NCBI GenBank assembly: GCA_019310725.1
Contig: JAFDDT010000005.1
Location: forward strand, 1-55,247
Reading direction: 5' to 3'
DNA from: Deltaproteobacteria bacterium
GTDB lineage: Bacteria > Desulfobacterota > DSM-4660 > Desulfatiglandales > B25-G16
Length of the DNA: 55,247 nt
Positions 28,006-37,920 of this stretch are shown here, piece by piece. Within the stretch, counting starts at the first letter, position 1; every line of letters begins with the position of its first letter. The translations under genes and the position numbers were made by a program. The notes below the pieces were generated by a model. That model was not told the DNA's origin. It searched no databases and was given only the letters and a program-made list of their open reading frames with translations.

Positions 28006-28713
28006 GTGGTCACCTTGATAGTCGATAATAAGGAAATCGAAACTCAAGAAGGGTCAACCCTTCTCCAGGCATGCTTGGACAATGGAATCTATATCCCTAA
28101 TCTCTGCTACTTAAACGGGATAGAGGATCCACCTGGGTCATGCAGGCTCTGTTTTGTTGAAATTGAAGGATATGATCAACCTAGGACTTCTTGCAGGGTA
28201 AAGGTCCAACAAGGGATGGTGGTCAGGACCAATACGGAACACGTTAGAAGATTACAGAAGACCGCCTTTGAACTGCTTCTGTCTACTCATCATGTGGAAT
28301 GCCGAAACTGCCCTGCTAACAAAAAATGCGAATTACAGCGAATTGCAAAATTTCTACATTTCGGCTTGAAACTCAAACGGCTTGAACCCCTTGAGCGGGA
28401 CATAGAGGTAGAGCACGAGCACCCTTTCCTCGAGTATATTCCCACCAGGTGTGTTTTGTGTGGTAAATGTGTGTTTGTATGCCGGAAAAGGAATGGCCAA
28501 CCTATGTTGAGTTTTGCAAAGAGGGGATTTGATACCGTGATCAGTTTCTTCGGCGAGAACGATAAACCCGTAGATGTATGCAACGAATGCTATGCCTGCG
28601 CAGAAATCTGCCCTGTTGGTGCCTTATTAGTAAAAGATAGCCCTAATACATCAAATCCTTGGAAAAGAGGGTCTTTCAATGATAAAGGAAAATGTCAAAC
28701 GCCTCTTAAGTGA
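28006..28713 (+). CDS. HoxU/NuoG-N-terminal-like Fe-S protein (no catalytic domain)
   Basis: IPNLC...SCRLC, HHVECRNC...C, CVLCGKC, CNECYACAEICP; only 235 aa. Confidence 0.88.
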   Translation: MVTLIVDNKEIETQEGSTLLQACLDNGIYIPNLCYLNGIEDPPGSCRLCFVEIEGYDQPRTSCRVKVQQGMVVRTNTEHVRRLQKTAFELLLSTHHVECRNCPANKKCELQRIAKFLHFGLKLKRLEPLERDIEVEHEHPFLEYIPTRCVLCGKCVFVCRKRNGQPMLSFAKRGFDTVISFFGENDKPVDVCNECYACAEICPVGALLVKDSPNTSNPWKRGSFNDKGKCQTPLK

Positions 28714-29338
28714 GCTCCCAAAAGGTGTCGCACTACTCGCAGCTGCCAAAGAAAGAAATGCTGATGAAATATCTGAGGCAATAAGGGCAGGCGTTACCAT
28801 CATAGGGGAAAACTATCTTCAGGATGCCCAGAAGGTGCTGGGTGAGGTAAAGGAAAAAGCTGAATGGCACTTTATCGGGCATCTCCAGACAAAAAAGGCC
28901 AAGAAGATAGTTGACGTATTCGATATGATCGAATCCGTTGATTCACTCAGATTGGCCCAGGAGATAGAGAGGTGTTGTGCAAGGCGAAATAAAGTCATGC
29001 CCGTTTTGATTGAGGTAAACAGCGGAGAGGAAGAGCAAAAATATGGAGTGCTTCCCAAGGATCTGATTGGTCTCATAAAAGAGATCTCTCCTCTCAAACA
29101 CATAAAGATCATGGGCTTGATGACTATGGGACCGAGATTTGGGAATCCAGAGGAATCGCGTCCTTATTTTGTCAGAACCAGAAACCTTTTCGATCAGACC
29201 AAGGATCTTCACCTACCAAATGTGGAGATGAAGCATCTTTCCATGGGTATGACCAATTCCTACCAGATTGCTATTGAGGAGGGGGCTAATCTGGTGAGAA
29301 TAGGAACAAAGATATTTGGAGTAAGGAGGGAGTCATAA
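28679..29338 (+). CDS. yggS: PLP homeostasis protein, YggS family
   Basis: GENYLQ, WHFIGHLQ, LSMGMT, VRIGT. Confidence 0.93.
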   Translation: MIKENVKRLLSELPKGVALLAAAKERNADEISEAIRAGVTIIGENYLQDAQKVLGEVKEKAEWHFIGHLQTKKAKKIVDVFDMIESVDSLRLAQEIERCCARRNKVMPVLIEVNSGEEEQKYGVLPKDLIGLIKEISPLKHIKIMGLMTMGPRFGNPEESRPYFVRTRNLFDQTKDLHLPNVEMKHLSMGMTNSYQIAIEEGANLVRIGTKIFGVRRES

Positions 29339-30073
29339 TTGAGTTATGTTGCCAAAGAGATGAAGCGACTCATGGGCAAGGCTATCCACCAGTGCCACAT
29401 GATACAGGAAGGAGATAGAATCTTGGTTGCAGTTTCAGGCGGTCAGGATAGCATGTCCCTTTTATGGCTGCTCAGAGATCGCTTAAAACGCATACCGATT
29501 ACCTATGATCTTACAGCCATATACGTAGAACTCGGCTTCACGAACAGTACCGAAAAAAAGTTGGAGCACTTTTTCGCTGCAAACGGTTTTAATTTCTGTA
29601 TAATGAGAAGTGGATTTGGTCCCTTCGCCCATAGCAAAGAAAACAGAGAAAACCCATGCTTCTTGTGTTCCCGTCTCAGAAGAAAGGCTATCTTTGAAAA
29701 GGCAGGAGAACTTGGGTGCAACAAAATAGCATTTGGACATCAAAAAGACGATTTCATAGAGACATTCTTTCTAAACCTCCTTTTTGCAGGATCAATGAGC
29801 ATACTCCACCCCTGTCAAGAATTGTTTAATGGAAAGCTTACCATCATCAGACCCTTATGCTTATTAAACAGAGCTACCATCAAGAAATATGCTGAGGAAA
29901 TGGGGTTTCCCACAATAGAAAATGGTTGCCCTACATCGCCATCGTCAAAAAGGGCACAGATCAGGTCCGTGCTTTCAAGTCTCTACAGAACAAACAAAAA
30001 GATAAAAGGCAACATAGTGAACGCATTGCGATACGTAGAGGAAATTGAGGCGCTGAGGGATTGTGAATTGTGA
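29339..30073 (+). CDS. ttcA: tRNA 2-thiocytidine biosynthesis TtcA family protein
   Basis: VAVSGGQDS PP-loop, PCFLCSRLRR, GHQKDD, IIRPL. Confidence 0.85.
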   Translation: MSYVAKEMKRLMGKAIHQCHMIQEGDRILVAVSGGQDSMSLLWLLRDRLKRIPITYDLTAIYVELGFTNSTEKKLEHFFAANGFNFCIMRSGFGPFAHSKENRENPCFLCSRLRRKAIFEKAGELGCNKIAFGHQKDDFIETFFLNLLFAGSMSILHPCQELFNGKLTIIRPLCLLNRATIKKYAEEMGFPTIENGCPTSPSSKRAQIRSVLSSLYRTNKKIKGNIVNALRYVEEIEALRDCEL

Positions 30074-30155
30074 ATTACGATGTGGGACTTGTGATGTGCA
30101 ATGTCGAGAGCGTGTATGTCATATCGCAAATAGGACTTAACTTTAGGCGCTTGAA

Positions 30156-31208
30156 ATGAAATTAGGTATCGTTGGACTGCCTCAATCGGGGAAAAAAACC
30201 ATCTTTAGGGCCCTGACTGGCACCCGAGAAGTAAAAGCTACTGAGAGGGCTAAGAGAGCAGATCAGGCTTTGGTAACTGTTGACGTGCCTGATCAGAGGG
30301 TAGACTATCTTTCAAAGACATTTAAACCAGAAAAGACCATATATTCCCAAATAGGTTATCTGCTCCCTGCAAGGACCGGAGATCTCGATTCGCCTTCAAG
30401 AGAAAAGGGAGACCTGTTCCTGAGTGCGGTCAGAACCTGTGATGGGCTCATTCAGGTGGTGAGAAATTTTCAGCTGTTTGGAGGCCCTGCTCCCACGCCT
30501 CAGGAGGATTTCCTCAAGCTCCAGTCAGAGATGCTGTTGAGTGACTTCATAGTGGCTGAAAAAAGGCTCGAACGGATAACCACAGATGCAAAAAAGGGGA
30601 AAGAGGTAGACAGAAAAGAGCTTCCTCTCCTGGAAAGATGCAGGCACCTCCTCACCGAAGAAAAACCGCTCAGAGATGATCCCGAAATCACCACCTCCCC
30701 TGTTCTCAAAGGTTTCACTTTTTTGTCTGCCAAACCGCTGCTCCTGATTTCAAATAACTCAGATGAGGATGAAGATCTGCCAAGCATGCCGCACATCCCA
30801 GATAATATTGAAGTTATGGTGGTTCGGGGAAAACTCGAAATGGAAATAGCAGAGATGGCACCAGAGGAAGCAGAGGAATTTTTATCTGCCTTTCACATTG
30901 AAAGATCTCTCCTGGACAGAGTTATTAAGCGCTCTCTTGCTGTGTCAAATCTTATTTCCTTTTTCACTATCGTAGAAAATGAGATAAGATCATGGACCGT
31001 TGCCAAAGGTACGTCAGCGCTAGAGGCAGCAGATCTTATACATTCAGATATGAGAAAAGGGTTCATTAGGGCCGAGGTCCTTCCGTACGACCAGCTGGTC
31101 AGATACGGAACTTTTTCTGAGGCAAAAAAGGAAGGTCAGCTCAGACTGGAAGGAAAAGATTATATCATTCAGGATGGGGAAATAATCAAGTTTAGGTTTA
31201 GCGTTTAG
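30156..31208 (+). CDS. YchF/OLA1-like protein (DUF933/TGS C-terminus) with divergent NTPase motifs
   Basis: GIVGLP N-terminus; IHSD.KGFIRAEV and LEGKDY.QDG C-terminus. Confidence 0.85.
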   Translation: MKLGIVGLPQSGKKTIFRALTGTREVKATERAKRADQALVTVDVPDQRVDYLSKTFKPEKTIYSQIGYLLPARTGDLDSPSREKGDLFLSAVRTCDGLIQVVRNFQLFGGPAPTPQEDFLKLQSEMLLSDFIVAEKRLERITTDAKKGKEVDRKELPLLERCRHLLTEEKPLRDDPEITTSPVLKGFTFLSAKPLLLISNNSDEDEDLPSMPHIPDNIEVMVVRGKLEMEIAEMAPEEAEEFLSAFHIERSLLDRVIKRSLAVSNLISFFTIVENEIRSWTVAKGTSALEAADLIHSDMRKGFIRAEVLPYDQLVRYGTFSEAKKEGQLRLEGKDYIIQDGEIIKFRFSV

Positions 31209-31211
31209 GAA

Positions 31212-32279
31212 ATGATTAAGAAAGACATACGAGTTGGAGTCATTGGGGCAACAGGGTATGGTGGTGTTGGTTTGATTGAGCTCCTCATTAACCATCCCTC
31301 GGTTTCCATAGGTGCGCTCATGGCAAAGCATGATATCAACAAGCCCATCAGCGAGATTTACCCTCACCTAAAAGGGTTCTGTGATCTGCCGGTCCTTGAT
31401 CCTGCCGACCCCGATTGTGCGGGTGAGTTTGATCTCGTTTTTTTTGCCACCCCTGACGGGGTTGGCCAAAGAGAGGCCCGAAGGTGGCTCAATCAAGGCA
31501 CTAAGGTGATTGACTACAGCGGGGACTTCCGGTTTAGCGACAAAAAGAGCTACGCATCCTATGCTGCCCGAATAGGGAAACCAGAGGACCATGCTGATCC
31601 GGATATTCTTCCCTCTTCTACGTATGGCCTGCCTGAGTTACATAGAAAAGAAATAGCCAATTCAAATCTGGTTGGAAACCCAGGATGTTTTGCGGCAAGC
31701 TGTATCCTTGGGCTTGCGCCTGCTCTCAAGTTACGGCTCATCGATAGTGATGATATCATCATTGATGCAAAAAGTGGTGTGTCTGGGGCTGGAAAAACGC
31801 CAAAACCAAGTTTTCACTTCCCAGCCCGGCATGAGGCTGTGAATGCATATAAGGTAACGGGTCATCAACACGTCTATGAAATTGAAAGGGAATTCGTCTT
31901 GTTAACAGGTAAAGAGACCAAAATTACCTTCACACCTCACGTGGTTCCTCTAACCAGGGGCATCATATCTACTATCTACACGAATCTTCTTCCGCAGGTA
32001 GGTTTGAAAAGGTTGAGAGACGCCTATACAGACATGTATGGCAAAGAGCCATTTATCCGGTTGTATAGCCATGGAGAGACAATAAGCACCACCGATGTGA
32101 GGGGCAGCAACTTCTGCAATATCTCGCTGAATATCGATCCAAGAACCGAGAAACTGATCGTTATTAGCGTAATTGATAATCTGGTTAAAGGTCAGGCAGG
32201 TAACGCCTTGCAGAATATGAATATCATGATGGGCATCGAGGAAACAGCTGGTTTGATGCATCCGGGAAACTTCCCATAA
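31212..32279 (+). CDS. argC: N-acetyl-gamma-glutamyl-phosphate reductase
   Basis: GATGYGG, YGLPE, NPGC, SGVSGAG, DNLVKGQAG. Confidence 0.95.
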   Translation: MIKKDIRVGVIGATGYGGVGLIELLINHPSVSIGALMAKHDINKPISEIYPHLKGFCDLPVLDPADPDCAGEFDLVFFATPDGVGQREARRWLNQGTKVIDYSGDFRFSDKKSYASYAARIGKPEDHADPDILPSSTYGLPELHRKEIANSNLVGNPGCFAASCILGLAPALKLRLIDSDDIIIDAKSGVSGAGKTPKPSFHFPARHEAVNAYKVTGHQHVYEIEREFVLLTGKETKITFTPHVVPLTRGIISTIYTNLLPQVGLKRLRDAYTDMYGKEPFIRLYSHGETISTTDVRGSNFCNISLNIDPRTEKLIVISVIDNLVKGQAGNALQNMNIMMGIEETAGLMHPGNFP

Positions 32280-32288
32280 ACCGAAATC

Positions 32289-34616
32289 CTACATACACAC
32301 CCTTCTCACCTGCTTCATGTCGGTTAGGCCAAGAAACACCTTTCTGATCCCGTCTTGCATCAAGGTTGTCATGCCATCGGCTATGGCCTGGTTTCTTATT
32401 TCCACCATGGGGGCCTTGGTCTGAATCAAGGTCTTCATCTCGGGAGTGCCAACCAGCAGTTCATGGATTCCCATTCTTCCTTTATAGCCAATATTTTGAC
32501 AATTTGAACAACCTTTGGCCCTGAAAAAGACTAAATCATCAGTGTAGGAGATATTCAGGGCATCAAAATCACCATTATACGCTCTGACCAGTGCGTCAAA
32601 CTCCTCTCGTGACGGGTGGTATTCCTCTTTGCAATCCTTGCACAGGGTTCTCACCAGCCTCTGGGCAAGGATTCCTAAAAGGGCATCGGCGAAATTGAAG
32701 GGATCCATTCCCATATCCAGCATGCGGGTGATTGTTTCAGGTGCACTGTTGGTGTGAAGGGTAGAGAAGACCAGATGCCCGGTAAGAGAGGCTTCGATTC
32801 CGGTAGATAGGGTCTCGTGATCCCTCATCTCCCCGACCATGATCACGTCCGGATCGGCCCTCAGGAATGCCCTCATTGCAGCTGCAAAATCAAGTCCTAT
32901 CTTTGGATGAATCTGAACCTGTCGCAGGCCTTCCTGTGTGATTTCCACCGGGTCTTCAGCAGTCCATATCTTTGTCTCCGTTTTATTGATATACCGCAGC
33001 GCGGAATGGAGTGTGGTGGTTTTCCCGCTACCGGTTGGACCAACACAGAGGACAACCCCGTAAGGCCTGGTTATAACGTCGATAAAGGCATTGTACGTTT
33101 TCTCGCTCATTCCCATCTGATCCAGCGCCATCGGTTCCCCGGTGGGCAGCAGCCTCATAACAATATCTTCATTTCGTCCTGTGGTAGGTATTGAGGCCAC
33201 CCTCAGTTCAATATCCAGGGGGCCATATTTCTTAAATTTTATCTTTCCGTCTTGCGGCAACCGTCTTTCCGCTATATCCAGATCAGACATGATCTTTATC
33301 CGAGAACAAACTGCATTCTTATAGGTGTAAGGTATAGTCTGGTATACATGGCATGCTCCATCGATCCTGAACCTGATAACCGCATCTGCCTTACCCATCC
33401 TCGGCTCTATATGAATATCAGAGGCCCCCCTGTTATAGGCATCGATGATCGTTTTACTCACAAGCCTGACAATAGCGCCATCTTCTTCAGTAACTCCCCC
33501 GAGTTCCTCATCATACTCTGCTTCCTCATCCCCGGCAGTCTCTAGCTGACCTAAGATCTCCTCGATACTCCCTGAATCGCCTGAAAGGCCTACCTTCTTG
33601 ATATCAAAAAAGTGGTTAATCATCATAATGATATCTTCTCTTAGCGCTACGCAGAATTCGAAGTCCTTGCCAGGAAGAAGCCGTTTTACCGCATCCTGCC
33701 CAGGCAAATACTCTGGGTTTTCCATTGCTATCACGATCTTTGAGTCAGATTGTCCCACCGGTACAAAGAGATTATCCTTTAAATACTTTGGTCTCAGGCC
33801 TTTGAGAAGTTGCCCCGGGATGACCATTTTTTCATCGAACGCTACAAAGCGGGTGTTATAGAAGGCGGCCAAAGACTTCCCTATGTCGTCCTTAGTGACA
33901 TTGAAGCTATTCATGAGAACACTTTCGGCACTGTCCTTTTTGGTCCTTGCAAGGGCCATTGCCCCTTCCAGATTCTTACGGGTAATGATATTATTTCTTA
34001 TGAGATAATCGAATTTTGTTGCTCTGCCACGTTGCAGTAGCTTTCGATGATTGTAGAAGGCAATTCCTAAAACCTGAGCTATCTCTGTCACATTTTTCTG
34101 GTCTTCCAACGAAAAGTATTTGCCGTTGACTTTGTTGACTAGCTGAATCACACCTAAAAGATATTTCTTGAATTTAACAGGGGCTACTAAGACCTGCTTT
34201 GTTTTATACCCCGTTTTTTCGTCCCAACTGCGGTCAAATGTCAATTCAGGATTTATCCTTTCTAATTCGCTGTCATCATAGGCGTTTACAATGTTTGCCA
34301 TTTTTCCGGAGCTAGCACAATATCCCGCTATGCTTGTATTGGTGATTGGCACCCTTATTTCATTTATCTCCGTGCCTGTCTTGAATCTTGATACAATCTC
34401 CTTACTTGTGCCATCCACTACATAGATGGTGAGCCGGTCTGCAGAAAAGATACCCAGAATGCTCTCCCGCAAATTGATCAATATGTCATCAATGTCCCTG
34501 GAAGAATGGATCTTGTTTGTGATAAAATTAAGGCGCTTACTGAATTCAAGCTCTTTTTGAAGGACCTGTATATTATTAATCTTCTTGTTTGCACTGTCTT
34601 TATTGGGAACTGCCAT
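32289..34616 (-). CDS. GAF-domain-fused PilB/GspE family ATPase
   Basis: N-terminal GAF (SIAGY...DEKTGYKTKQVL...VIQLVNK), ASDIHIEP, GPTGSGKTT, DPDVIMVGEMRD, TGHLVFSTLHTN, CxxC pairs. Confidence 0.9.
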   Translation of the reverse strand: MAVPNKDSANKKINNIQVLQKELEFSKRLNFITNKIHSSRDIDDILINLRESILGIFSADRLTIYVVDGTSKEIVSRFKTGTEINEIRVPITNTSIAGYCASSGKMANIVNAYDDSELERINPELTFDRSWDEKTGYKTKQVLVAPVKFKKYLLGVIQLVNKVNGKYFSLEDQKNVTEIAQVLGIAFYNHRKLLQRGRATKFDYLIRNNIITRKNLEGAMALARTKKDSAESVLMNSFNVTKDDIGKSLAAFYNTRFVAFDEKMVIPGQLLKGLRPKYLKDNLFVPVGQSDSKIVIAMENPEYLPGQDAVKRLLPGKDFEFCVALREDIIMMINHFFDIKKVGLSGDSGSIEEILGQLETAGDEEAEYDEELGGVTEEDGAIVRLVSKTIIDAYNRGASDIHIEPRMGKADAVIRFRIDGACHVYQTIPYTYKNAVCSRIKIMSDLDIAERRLPQDGKIKFKKYGPLDIELRVASIPTTGRNEDIVMRLLPTGEPMALDQMGMSEKTYNAFIDVITRPYGVVLCVGPTGSGKTTTLHSALRYINKTETKIWTAEDPVEITQEGLRQVQIHPKIGLDFAAAMRAFLRADPDVIMVGEMRDHETLSTGIEASLTGHLVFSTLHTNSAPETITRMLDMGMDPFNFADALLGILAQRLVRTLCKDCKEEYHPSREEFDALVRAYNGDFDALNISYTDDLVFFRAKGCSNCQNIGYKGRMGIHELLVGTPEMKTLIQTKAPMVEIRNQAIADGMTTLMQDGIRKVFLGLTDMKQVRRVCM

Positions 34617-34712
34617 GGTATTTAACCTCTTGGCCAGATAATGCTTTCATACCCTTTTAGCATATATCGTAAGTTTTTTACAAATTATTTAGTCTTATTT
34701 TCATAATTTTCC

Positions 34713-35339
34713 TTGGGTTACATGATGAGGCACCACCGTATTAGCAAAAACAATCCGCTTGTCCTTGCCTCCATCTCACCGAGACGAAAAGCGATCTTGA
34801 CCCAGATTGGCGTCCCTTTTCAGCCAGTTGGAAGTATGGCTGATGAAACCGTTTGTACCGAGATGAGGGTAGCAGACCTTGCCTGCCAGATGGCAACACG
34901 TAAGGCTGAATCAGTGCAGAGCACCTACAAAAACCGATGGATACTTGGTGCCGATACACTCGTAGCACTCGACAAGCAGGTCTTTGGTAAGCCAAAAGAT
35001 GCTCATGAGTGTCACACGATGCTTCTTTACTTGAGCGGAAGAACTCACAGGGTGATTACTGGATTTTGTGTTATGGATCCGGGAGGCAAGAAAGTACATC
35101 TCGAGGCAATTCTGACAAAAGTAAAGGTAAAGGAACTAAGCAAGTCTGAAATCGAGGGGTACGTAAAAACAGGTGAATCCTTTGGTAAGGCTGCTGCTTA
35201 TGCAATACAAGGGATTGGCTCTTTCATGATAGAGCGACTCAATGGCTCTTACACCAATGTGGTTGGGTTACCTGTGTGTGAAGTAGTACGTGCCCTTATT
35301 AAATGCGGCGCTCTCAAAGGCTTCCCTCTGATAGAATAG
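34713..35339 (+). CDS. maf: Maf family nucleoside triphosphate pyrophosphatase
   Basis: LASISPRR, GADT, GKP, YAIQG, NVVGLP. Confidence 0.92.
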   Translation: MGYMMRHHRISKNNPLVLASISPRRKAILTQIGVPFQPVGSMADETVCTEMRVADLACQMATRKAESVQSTYKNRWILGADTLVALDKQVFGKPKDAHECHTMLLYLSGRTHRVITGFCVMDPGGKKVHLEAILTKVKVKELSKSEIEGYVKTGESFGKAAAYAIQGIGSFMIERLNGSYTNVVGLPVCEVVRALIKCGALKGFPLIE

Positions 35340-36069
35340 CCCCTCTTTGTCTCACAATTTCAGAGAGGATAATTCCCGCTGCAACAGAGACATTAAGTGA
35401 ATTAAGGTGGCCAAATCTCGGTATGCACACCAAATGATGGCACTTGTCCCTGGCTATCCTGCTTACTCCTTTGTCCTCGCTCCCCAACACCAAGACGAGA
35501 TCTCTCCTCCAGTCAAACTCATAAATACGTGTTGTGCTTTCTCCTGCAGCACCAACTATCCAGAAACCTTCATCCCCTAACTCCTTCAGGGTTCTGGCCA
35601 TATTGACTACCCTGGCTACAGGGAGATAGGCCGATCCTCCTGCCGATGACTTGTGAACCGCATCCGTTATAGAGGCAGACCTGTCCATTGGTAAGATGAG
35701 ACCATGAACCCCAAAAAATACAGCGGTTCTTATGAGAGAGCCAAGATTTCCGGTGTCAGTAATGTGATCAGCAGCCAAGAGAAGCCCCCCGTCCTTTCTT
35801 TTACGGGAGATCTTAATCAGGTCCTCTAGATGGAAATAACGGTAGGCGCCTAAAATGCCGATTATACCTTGGTGTGGGGAGCCAGGTGCGAGTTTATCCA
35901 GATAGATCCTATCTTTGAATTTGATTGGAACGCTTTTCTCTCGGGCCAGATCGAGTATTTCCTTCAGCCGTTCAATTTTTCTTCCTTTGGCAATAAACAG
36001 CTCAACTATTCCCTTATCTTCTCTAATGTTTTCCCTTACGGCGTTTATACCAGACACAATCTGCTGCAT
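35314..36069 (-). CDS. rlmB: 23S rRNA (guanosine-2'-O)-methyltransferase RlmB (SpoU family)
   Basis: HQGI, NLGSLIRTA, GSEDKG, SLNVSVA. Confidence 0.9.
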   Translation of the reverse strand: MQQIVSGINAVRENIREDKGIVELFIAKGRKIERLKEILDLAREKSVPIKFKDRIYLDKLAPGSPHQGIIGILGAYRYFHLEDLIKISRKRKDGGLLLAADHITDTGNLGSLIRTAVFFGVHGLILPMDRSASITDAVHKSSAGGSAYLPVARVVNMARTLKELGDEGFWIVGAAGESTTRIYEFDWRRDLVLVLGSEDKGVSRIARDKCHHLVCIPRFGHLNSLNVSVAAGIILSEIVRQRGAILSEGSL

Positions 36070-36088
36070 TGCTCAATACAAGGATAAA

Positions 36089-36712
36089 TTACCCCATGTG
36101 AAAAACCTCGTGAACGAGCGGAAAACGTCTCTCAGTCCGGGCCCTTTGGGCAACAATAATTCCCTCTACTTCCCTTGCCGCTTGATTGAGATCATCGTTG
36201 ATAATGAGGAAATCATAACCTCTACATTTTCTTATTTCCTCTACAGCCTTTTCCATGCGTAATGCTATATTTGTGTCGTCTTGCGCTGATCTCCTCTGCA
36301 GTCTCTCTTGAAGAATCTTTAGTGAAGGCGGGAGAATGAAAATCAATGTTGCTTCTGGAAATTGTTTTTTTATTTCTTGAGCTCCCTGGATATCAAGATC
36401 TAACAGGAGGTCTTTGCCAGATGATAATGTGCTCTCTACGCCTGACACAGAGGTTCCGTAGAGGTGATCATAGACAATAGCCCACTCAGCAAATTCATGA
36501 GCCTCGATCATCTTTTCAAAATCTTCCCTGGTAACAAAGCAATAATGCACTCCGTTAATTTCCCCTCTGCGGGGTGGTCGCGTAGTATGAGAAACGGAAT
36601 AGCCAATCCCCTCTACCTTTTTCCTTATGATATCTATTATTGTTGTCTTTCCGGTTCCCGAGGGCGCGGTGACTACAAAAAGTTCTCCTTTTTTAGGCAA
36701 TAGCACCTTCAT
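36089..36712 (-). CDS. gmk: Guanylate kinase
   Basis: APSGTGKTT, SVSHTTR, YGT, FILPPS. Confidence 0.96.
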   Translation of the reverse strand: MKVLLPKKGELFVVTAPSGTGKTTIIDIIRKKVEGIGYSVSHTTRPPRRGEINGVHYCFVTREDFEKMIEAHEFAEWAIVYDHLYGTSVSGVESTLSSGKDLLLDLDIQGAQEIKKQFPEATLIFILPPSLKILQERLQRRSAQDDTNIALRMEKAVEEIRKCRGYDFLIINDDLNQAAREVEGIIVAQRARTERRFPLVHEVFHMG

Positions 36713-36735
36713 AACAGTATTCTCATGGGCCTATG

Positions 36736-37005
36736 CTATACTAAGTCCTCCCTCCGTAATGTCCCGTTTGGAGAAAATCTCTGGGCTATTGTTTCAGATT
36801 GTACTGCGCACAGAATGACATGATTACTATCAGTTATTATCACTGATCTTGTTCTTCTCCCCTGCGTTGCATCAACAAGCCTCTTGTCATCTTTGGCCTC
36901 TTCCCGAAGCCGTCTAACAGGTGCCGAAGATGGCGATATAATGGCTACAACTCTGTTTGATACAAGGAAGTTCCCAAAGCCGATATTGAGTAAACTTGGG
37001 TCCAT
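36736..37005 (-). CDS. remA: RemA/DUF370 family protein
   Basis: [22 protein letters not shown]; yicC-remA-gmk synteny. Confidence 0.92.
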   Translation of the reverse strand: MDPSLLNIGFGNFLVSNRVVAIISPSSAPVRRLREEAKDDKRLVDATQGRRTRSVIITDSNHVILCAVQSETIAQRFSPNGTLRREDLV

Positions 37006-37041
37006 AACGCCTCTCTCCCATATTTAAGTGAGCTAAAGTGC

Positions 37042-37920
37042 CTATTCCACGTTTTGAATCTGCTCCCTCAACTTTTCCAACTCAGCCTTAATCTCAACTG
37101 TCCGCTGCGAAATAAAGGAGTCTGCAGCCTTAGATCCAATAGTATTAGCCTCTCGATTTACCTCTTGCAGGAGAAATTCCAGCCTCCTTCCCACAACATC
37201 ATTGTGATTCATGTAATTTCTAAACTGCTCCAGGTGGCTTCGTATCCGAACCAGTTCCTCAGTAATATCAGACCGTTCTGCCATAAACGCTACTTCTTGA
37301 ACCAATCGATCTTCCGTTATCTCAAGATTCTTCACTAATTTCTGGATCTTCTCTATCAGTTTATCTCTGTAACCATCAATTGCTCCTTTACTTTGATTGC
37401 TTATATCATTGATATAGCATTTAATGTTCTTTAGCCTAACCAGCAAATCTTTCTCTATAACCTTTCCTTCATTTAGCCTCATGGCATCTAACGAGAGCAA
37501 GGCCTTATCTATAACCTCTCTCAAATCAGGCCACATTTTCTCGATATCCACATTCTCTTGTTTCATGATAATCGTGTCTTTCAGTTGAGAGAAAACAGCG
37601 AGATCTATAGGTTGATCGCAACCGAGTTCCCTGTTGAGCTCGTTGAAGACAGTAATGTAGGCCCTAACCAACGGCTTGTTAAGCTCGAGCTCTATATTAT
37701 TACCGCTATTGTTTTTCATCTGAATGGATATCTCTATCCTACCTCTTTTTAAGGTGGAAGAAATCATGGGCTTAATCCTGTCTTCCAGTGGTTGAAGAAT
37801 CTGCGGGAGTCTCAGAATAATTTCTCGATACCGACCGTTTACCGACTTCATTTCTGCGACAAACGCGGTGTTTCCTTTCACCGACTCTGCCCTGCCATAC
37901 GCAGTCATACTCCTAAGCAT
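37042..37920 (-). CDS. yicC: YicC/YloC family endoribonuclease
   Basis: MLRSMTAYG, DITEELVR, QEVNREANTIGSK, REQIQNVE. Confidence 0.94.
   Translation of the reverse strand: MLRSMTAYGRAESVKGNTAFVAEMKSVNGRYREIILRLPQILQPLEDRIKPMISSTLKRGRIEISIQMKNNSGNNIELELNKPLVRAYITVFNELNRELGCDQPIDLAVFSQLKDTIIMKQENVDIEKMWPDLREVIDKALLSLDAMRLNEGKVIEKDLLVRLKNIKCYINDISNQSKGAIDGYRDKLIEKIQKLVKNLEITEDRLVQEVAFMAERSDITEELVRIRSHLEQFRNYMNHNDVVGRRLEFLLQEVNREANTIGSKAADSFISQRTVEIKAELEKLREQIQNVE

Noticed and set aside
25557-28713. Selenocysteine read-through extending the redox module
   Set aside because: The TGA at 26088-26090 follows a complete NuoE-like protein and overlaps the next start; the other two subunits end in TAG and TAA with their Cys motifs intact.
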